Of a DNA stretch of 64,000 bases, positions 58,879 to 64,000 are shown in pieces (the first letter of the stretch is position 1; the number at the start of each line of letters is the position of its first letter). A program made the position numbers and the translations under genes. The notes beneath the pieces are model-generated. The model was not told the DNA's origin, did no database searches, and worked only from the letters and a program-made list of their open reading frames with translations. The stretch is taken from assembly GCA_017938485.1 (NCBI GenBank), contig JAGBBM010000015.1, positions 26,528 to 90,527 on the forward strand, written 5' to 3'. This DNA is from Lachnospiraceae bacterium (GTDB lineage Bacteria > Bacillota > Clostridia > Lachnospirales > Lachnospiraceae).

Positions 58879-59337
58879 ATGAAAAAAGTAGAAATTGAGC
58901 AGCATTGTACAGAGCTTGTAACACCTATAATAGAGGAAAACAGCTTTGAACTTGTGGACGTTGAGTATGTCAAGGAAGGCGCAGATTATTATCTTAGAGT
59001 TTACGCTGATAAGGAAGGTGGCATCAATATTGATGATTGTGTCCTTATAAGCAGAGCTCTCGAAGCAAAGCTTGACGAGGCAGACAAGATTAAGGAAGCC
59101 TATATTTTGGAGGTTAGTTCTCCGGGGCTTACAAGACCTTTGAAGAAGGAAAAGGATTTTGCAAGAAGTATTGGTAAATTAGTTGAAGTTAAGCTTTATA
59201 AAGCTATTAACAAGGCTAAAGAGTTTGAGGGTGTATTAGAAGCATATACTGAAGATACGGTTACCTTAAATGTTGATGATGAAACTATAGTGCTAAATAG
59301 AAGTGATATTTCTATGATAAGATTGGCATTTGTATAA
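58879..59337 (+). CDS. rimP: Ribosome maturation factor RimP
   Basis: ELVDVEYVKEG, GINIDDC..ISR, YILEVSSPGLTRPLKK. Confidence 0.96.
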   Translation: MKKVEIEQHCTELVTPIIEENSFELVDVEYVKEGADYYLRVYADKEGGINIDDCVLISRALEAKLDEADKIKEAYILEVSSPGLTRPLKKEKDFARSIGKLVEVKLYKAINKAKEFEGVLEAYTEDTVTLNVDDETIVLNRSDISMIRLAFV

Positions 59338-59361
59338 AAATTAATATAGGAGGATAAAAAA

Positions 59362-60501
59362 ATGTCAGAGATTATTGACGCATTAAACCAATTGGAGAAG
59401 GAAAAGAATATTAGCAAGGACAAAATTATGGACGCTATCGAAAAGTCTTTAGAGAAGGCTTGCGAGTTAGACCTTGGAAAGGATGCCATAATTGAGGTTT
59501 CTATGGATAGAGAGACTGGTGATATTGCTATTTTCCAGAAGAAGCTTGTTGTTGAGACTGTAGAGAATGAGACAAATCAGATTTCTCTTACTGAAGCAAA
59601 GGCTATGAATAAGAAAAATAAGTTAGATGATTATGTATTAATTGAGGTTCGCTCAAAGGAATTTGGTCGTATCGCTGCTCAGAATGCAAGAAATATTATT
59701 GTTCAGGAGATTAAAGAGGGCGAGAGAAATGCTATATTTAATCACTTTTCATGTAAAGAAAAGGATATTATCACAGGTGTAGTTCAAAGATATGTGGGCA
59801 ATAATCTTAGCATTAGCCTTGATGAAAGAACTGACACTATATTAACTGAGCACGAGCAGGTTAAGGGCGAAGTATATAGAAGAGGGGACAGAATTAAGCT
59901 TTACGTTGTTAAGGTTAAGAAGAGTGATAGAAGCAAGGGCTTTGAGATTGTTGTTTCTAGAACACATCCAGATCTTGTAAAGAGACTTTTTGAGAAGGAA
60001 GTTACTGAGGTTGCGGATGGAACTGTTGAGATTAAGAGTATCTCAAGAGAAGCGGGTTCAAGATCTAAGATAGCTGTTTGGTCAAATGATCCAAATGTTG
60101 ACCCGGTTGGCGCTTGTGTAGGTCTTAACGGAACACGTGTAAATAATATTGTTGATGATTTAAAGGGTGAGAAGATTGATATCATCACTTGGAGTGAGGA
60201 TCCTGCAACATTTATTGAAAATGCACTTAGTCCATCAAAGGTTGTATCAGTAAGACTTGGTACAGAAATCGATGAGAAGACTGGAAAAGAAGTTAAGTGT
60301 GCTTATGTTGTTGTTCCAGATTATCAGTTATCTCTTGCTATTGGTAAAGAGGGTCAGAACGCTCGTCTTGCTGCTAAGCTTACAGGATATAAGATTGATA
60401 TCAAAAGTGAGTCAAAGGCTAGAGAGCTTGGTATAGAGTTTGATTCATATGACGAGGAATATGATGAAGATTACGATGACTCATATGAGGATGAGGAGTA
60501 A
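59362..60501 (+). CDS. nusA: Transcription factor NusA
   Basis: FGRIAAQ, SRTHPDLV, SREAGSRSKIAV, QLSLAIGKEGQNARLAAKLTG. Confidence 0.97.
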   Translation: MSEIIDALNQLEKEKNISKDKIMDAIEKSLEKACELDLGKDAIIEVSMDRETGDIAIFQKKLVVETVENETNQISLTEAKAMNKKNKLDDYVLIEVRSKEFGRIAAQNARNIIVQEIKEGERNAIFNHFSCKEKDIITGVVQRYVGNNLSISLDERTDTILTEHEQVKGEVYRRGDRIKLYVVKVKKSDRSKGFEIVVSRTHPDLVKRLFEKEVTEVADGTVEIKSISREAGSRSKIAVWSNDPNVDPVGACVGLNGTRVNNIVDDLKGEKIDIITWSEDPATFIENALSPSKVVSVRLGTEIDEKTGKEVKCAYVVVPDYQLSLAIGKEGQNARLAAKLTGYKIDIKSESKARELGIEFDSYDEEYDEDYDDSYEDEE

Positions 60502-60507
60502 TAAAAA

Positions 60508-60765
60508 GTGGCAAAACAGATACCTAATAGACAATGTATTGGTTGCAGGGAGATGAAACCTAAGATTGAGTTGGTGCGAGTTATAAGAACTCCGGAGGGG
60601 GATATATGTCTTGATAAAACCGGTAAGAAAAACGGCAGAGGAGCATATATTTGTCAAAACAGTGAATGTTTTAATAAGGCAAAGAAATCCAAAGGAATTG
60701 AAAGAGCACTTAAGGTTAGTATTCCTGATGAGATATATGATGCAATTAGCAAGGAGCTGATATAA
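60508..60765 (+). CDS. ylxR: YlxR/RnpM family RNA-binding protein
   Basis: PNRQCIGCREMKPKIELVRV, GRGAYIC. Confidence 0.93.
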   Translation: MAKQIPNRQCIGCREMKPKIELVRVIRTPEGDICLDKTGKKNGRGAYICQNSECFNKAKKSKGIERALKVSIPDEIYDAISKELI

Positions 60766-61095
60766 TTGATAAATAAATATAACAAAGCTTTATCTATGTT
60801 ATCCATAGCCACAAAGGCAGGAAAAGTTGTAAGCGGTGGATTTATGGTGGAAAATGCTATACAGCAGGGGATTGCACACCTTGTTATCATAGCTGAGGAT
60901 GCATCAGGTAATACAAGAAAGAAATTTATTGATAAATGCACATATTACCATGTTCCATATAGGATATGTGCTGATAGTGAGTCCCTTGGAAGAACTATTG
61001 GAAAGCAGGACAGAAAGGTTGTTGCTGTAACAAATGAAGGTCTTGCAGAGTCAGTTTTAAACAAGTTGGACATTAGTAAAGAGATGGAGGTGTAA
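60766..61095 (+). CDS. ylxQ: L7Ae/YlxQ family RNA-binding protein
   Basis: KAGKVVSG, LVIIAEDASGNTRKKF, LGRTIGK. Confidence 0.9.
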   Translation: MINKYNKALSMLSIATKAGKVVSGGFMVENAIQQGIAHLVIIAEDASGNTRKKFIDKCTYYHVPYRICADSESLGRTIGKQDRKVVAVTNEGLAESVLNKLDISKEMEV

Positions 61096-61098
61096 TCT

Positions 61099-63390
61099 AT
61101 GAGAGTACACGAATTAGCAAAACAGTTATCAACTGAACTTGGAAAAACAATACCAAGTAGTGAATTGCTTGTTAAACTTAGTAAGAAAAAGGAAGGATTA
61201 AAACCTCAGAGCAGTATAAGTGAGGATTTAATTCAGTACATCAAAGAGATTTATATAAAAGAAAAACCAGCTGCTCCTAAGGCAGAAAAGAAGGTTGAAA
61301 AGAAAGTTGAAAGTAAACCGGCAAAGAAGGCTCCTGTAAAAGAAGAGGCTAAAACAGAAAAAAAACCAGAAAAGAAAGCTGAAAGTAAGCCGGAAATCAA
61401 ACCAGAAAAGAAGGCTCCTGTAAAGTCAGAGAAAAAGCCTGAAAATAAGTCTGATAATAAGCCAGCAGCAAAGCCTGAGGCTAGACCAGAGAAAAAGCAG
61501 GAAGTATCTAAAAACAAACCTCAAAATCAGGACAAAAAGCCTACTCAGAATAACAAAAATAATAAGAACAACAAGGGCAAGAATCAGCCTGAGATGAAAA
61601 AGCCAGAGCCAAAGAAGGTTGAGCCTGTTGAACCAGTGATAAAGACAGTAAAGCTTCCAGAATCTCTTACTGTAAATGAGCTTGCATCAAAGATTAAGGT
61701 GCCTGTGGCTCAGCTTATTAAGAAGATGTTTATGGCTGGTAAGATGTACAATGTAAATTCAGAGCTTGATTTTGATACAGCTGCTGATATTGCCTTAGAG
61801 TATAACTATATTGCTGAGGAAGAAGAAAAGGTTGATGTTATTGAGGAACTCCTTAAGGAGGGCGAAGAGGACGAAGCTACTATGACTTCAAGACCACCAG
61901 TTGTCTGTGTTATGGGTCACGTTGACCATGGTAAGACTTCCCTTCTTGATGCAATCAGAGATTCATCTGTAACTACAGGTGAGGCTGGTGGTATCACACA
62001 GCACATCGGTGCATCTGTTGTATCAATTAACGGGGAGAAGATTACATTCCTTGATACACCTGGACACGAAGCATTTACAGCTATGCGTATGCGTGGTGCT
62101 CAGTCTACAGATATTGCAATTCTTGTTGTTGCAGCTGATGATGGTGTTATGCCACAGACAGTTGAGGCCATAAACCATGCTAAGGCGGCTGGAATTGAGA
62201 TTATTGTTGCTATTAATAAGATTGATAAGGAAAGTGCCAATATAGATAGAGTTAAGCAGGAGCTTATGGAGTATGAGCTTGTTCCAGAAGATTGGGGCGG
62301 TTCAACAATATTCTGTCCTGTTTCTGCACATACTAAGGAAGGTATTGATAATCTTCTTGAGATGATTATACTTACTGCTGAAATCTTAGAGCTTAAGGCT
62401 AACAAGAACAGAAAGGCAAGAGGTATAGTTATTGAGGCACAGCTTGATAAGGGACGTGGTTCAGTTGCTACAGTTCTTGTTCAGAAGGGTGTACTTCATG
62501 TGGGTGACTGTGTTGCAATTGGTAGCGTTCATGGTAAGGTTAGAGCTATGTTTGATGACAAGCATAGAAAGGTTAAGGAGGCTGGTCCTTCAACACCTGT
62601 AGAGATTCTCGGTTTAAATGGTGTGCCAAACTCAGGTGAAATCTGTATGGCAGTTGGAAATGAGAAGGAAGCAAGACAGATTTCTGAGGCATTTATCACT
62701 CGTGGTAAGGAAAAACTTATTGCTGACACTCGTTCAAGAATGTCTCTTGATGATTTGTTCAACAAGATGCAGGAGGGTAACCTTAAGGAACTTAATCTTA
62801 TCATTAAGGCAGACGTACAGGGTTCGGTTGAGGCAGTTAAGGCAAGCTTACTTAAGCTTTCTAACGAGGAAGTTGTTGTTAAGTGTATCCACTCAGGCGT
62901 TGGTGCTATCAATGAATCTGACGTTATACTTGCATCTGCGTCAAGTGCTATTATCATTGGATTTAATATTCGTCCTGACAATCAGGCCAAGGATGTAGCT
63001 GAAAGAGAAAAGGTTGATATAAGATTATATAGAGTTATATACAATGCTATAGAAGATATCGAAGCTGCTATGAAGGGTATGCTTGATCCTATATTTGAAG
63101 AAAAAGTTATTGGTCATGCTCAGGTTAGACAGACTTATAAGGCTTCAGGTGTTGGTACAATCGCAGGTTCTTACGTTCTTGATGGTACAATCACAAGAAG
63201 TAGCAAGGTAAGAATCACTCGTGAAGGCGAGCAGATATTTGAAGGTGCTCTTGCATCTCTTAAGAGATTTAAGGATGATGTAAAAGAAGTTAAGACTGGC
63301 TTTGAATGTGGTATTGTCATCGAAGGCTTCAACGGTGTTATGGAAGATGATATTATCGAGGCTTATATTATGCAGGAAGTGCCAAGATAA
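61099..63390 (+). CDS. infB: Translation initiation factor IF-2
   Basis: [34 protein letters not shown]; K/E/P-rich N-terminal linker. Confidence 0.98.
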   Translation: MRVHELAKQLSTELGKTIPSSELLVKLSKKKEGLKPQSSISEDLIQYIKEIYIKEKPAAPKAEKKVEKKVESKPAKKAPVKEEAKTEKKPEKKAESKPEIKPEKKAPVKSEKKPENKSDNKPAAKPEARPEKKQEVSKNKPQNQDKKPTQNNKNNKNNKGKNQPEMKKPEPKKVEPVEPVIKTVKLPESLTVNELASKIKVPVAQLIKKMFMAGKMYNVNSELDFDTAADIALEYNYIAEEEEKVDVIEELLKEGEEDEATMTSRPPVVCVMGHVDHGKTSLLDAIRDSSVTTGEAGGITQHIGASVVSINGEKITFLDTPGHEAFTAMRMRGAQSTDIAILVVAADDGVMPQTVEAINHAKAAGIEIIVAINKIDKESANIDRVKQELMEYELVPEDWGGSTIFCPVSAHTKEGIDNLLEMIILTAEILELKANKNRKARGIVIEAQLDKGRGSVATVLVQKGVLHVGDCVAIGSVHGKVRAMFDDKHRKVKEAGPSTPVEILGLNGVPNSGEICMAVGNEKEARQISEAFITRGKEKLIADTRSRMSLDDLFNKMQEGNLKELNLIIKADVQGSVEAVKASLLKLSNEEVVVKCIHSGVGAINESDVILASASSAIIIGFNIRPDNQAKDVAEREKVDIRLYRVIYNAIEDIEAAMKGMLDPIFEEKVIGHAQVRQTYKASGVGTIAGSYVLDGTITRSSKVRITREGEQIFEGALASLKRFKDDVKEVKTGFECGIVIEGFNGVMEDDIIEAYIMQEVPR

Positions 63391-63410
63391 GTGGCAGTTA
63401 GGAGCAAAAT

Positions 63411-63761
63411 ATGAAAAAAACAAGTCATAAAAATCAAAGAGTAAATGGAGAGGTTCAAAGAGAGTTAAGTCGTATAATCAGTATGGACATTAAAGATCCA
63501 AGAATCAATCCGATGACTTCTGTAACAGATGTTATAGTTACTCCTGATTTAAAATATTGTAAGGCATTTATAAGTGTACTTGGTGATGAGGAATCTGGAA
63601 AAGAGACTATTGAGGGACTTAAAAGTGCAACAGGATATATTAGAAGAGAATTAGCGAGAAGTATTAATCTTCGTAACACACCGGAGATTACATTTGTTCT
63701 TGATAATTCTATTGAGTATGGTATATCCATGTCTAAGAAGATTGATGAATTGATGAATTAA
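63411..63761 (+). CDS. rbfA: Ribosome-binding factor A
   Basis: IKDPRI, VTPDLKYCK, LRNTPEITFVLDNSIEYG. Confidence 0.96.
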   Translation: MKKTSHKNQRVNGEVQRELSRIISMDIKDPRINPMTSVTDVIVTPDLKYCKAFISVLGDEESGKETIEGLKSATGYIRRELARSINLRNTPEITFVLDNSIEYGISMSKKIDELMN

Positions 63762-63778
63762 ATAGACAGGAATATTTT

Positions 63779-64000
63779 ATGAATAATTTTTTAGACAATA
63801 TAAAGGAGGCAAAATGCATTGCCATCATAGGACATATTAATCCTGATGGCGACTGCGTTGGCTCTTGCCTAGGACTTTACAATTATATATGTGACAACTA
63901 TGAAAATAAGCAGGTTGATGTATATCTTCAGCCTATTGCGACTAAGTTTAGATTTCTCAAAGGGGCAGATTTGATTAAAAATCAGTCCGAAGATAAGGTA
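63779..64000 (+). CDS. nrnA: DHH family phosphoesterase NrnA-like, partial at right edge
   Basis: Manual translation MNNFLDNIKEAKCIAIIGHINPDGDCVGSCLGLYNYI; usual position after rbfA. Confidence 0.8.
   Translation, partial: MNNFLDNIKEAKCIAIIGHINPDGDCVGSCLGLYNYICDNYENKQVDVYLQPIATKFRFLKGADLIKNQSEDKV

Noticed and set aside
61255-61630. Repeats in the IF-2 N-terminal region (e.g. AAGAAGGCTCCTGTAAA twice)
   Set aside because: Ordinary low-complexity K/E/P linker known to vary in IF-2; not a CRISPR or mobile repeat.
5295-63730. Numerous 60-230 aa antisense or alternate-frame ORFs inside known genes (e.g. 26975..27661, 20446..20946, 62529..62981)
   Set aside because: They overlap well-conserved genes, lack recognisable motifs, and are typical codon-bias shadows.

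Overview
AT-rich chromosomal segment from an anaerobic, flagellated, probably spore-forming Firmicute. Gene content and order are Lachnospiraceae-like (inference). Left to right: the 5' part of a PlsA-type/CoA-activase gene (minus strand, runs off the left edge); a LysM protein; an uncharacterised run of genes (rhomboid/derlin-like protein with Zn finger, two hypotheticals, DUF2953/YtfI-like, GerW/YtfJ); a 45-aa membrane ORF missed by the track; truA, DHH phosphoesterase, small (p)ppGpp synthetase, flavin reductase; comM(yifB)-dprA-topA. Then a ~34 kb fla/che cluster (flgB to fliA, fapA and tail genes, with a PomAB-like stator and a PilZ brake), rpsB-tsf, a ~7.6 kb accessory block (truncated LytTR regulator, FlgL-N/FliD-C-like protein, S66 peptidase, two transporters, ComEC-like MBL hydrolase, GHL10 hydrolase) and the rimP-nusA-ylxR-ylxQ-infB-rbfA-nrnA operon. 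I saw no rRNA, tRNA, CRISPR array or mobile element. Best candidate for a novel system: the module after tsf, where a LytTR regulator lacking its phospho-acceptor sits behind 20-nt-period direct repeats and sigma28-like promoter elements and is followed by a protein that looks like a flagellar export substrate. Other leads: a SweD/SweC-like pair ending the flagellar cluster, FliK-like C-terminal tails on two orphan proteins, and structured leaders at the activase gene, comM, flgB and flgE. All product calls come from motif recognition by eye, not database searches.
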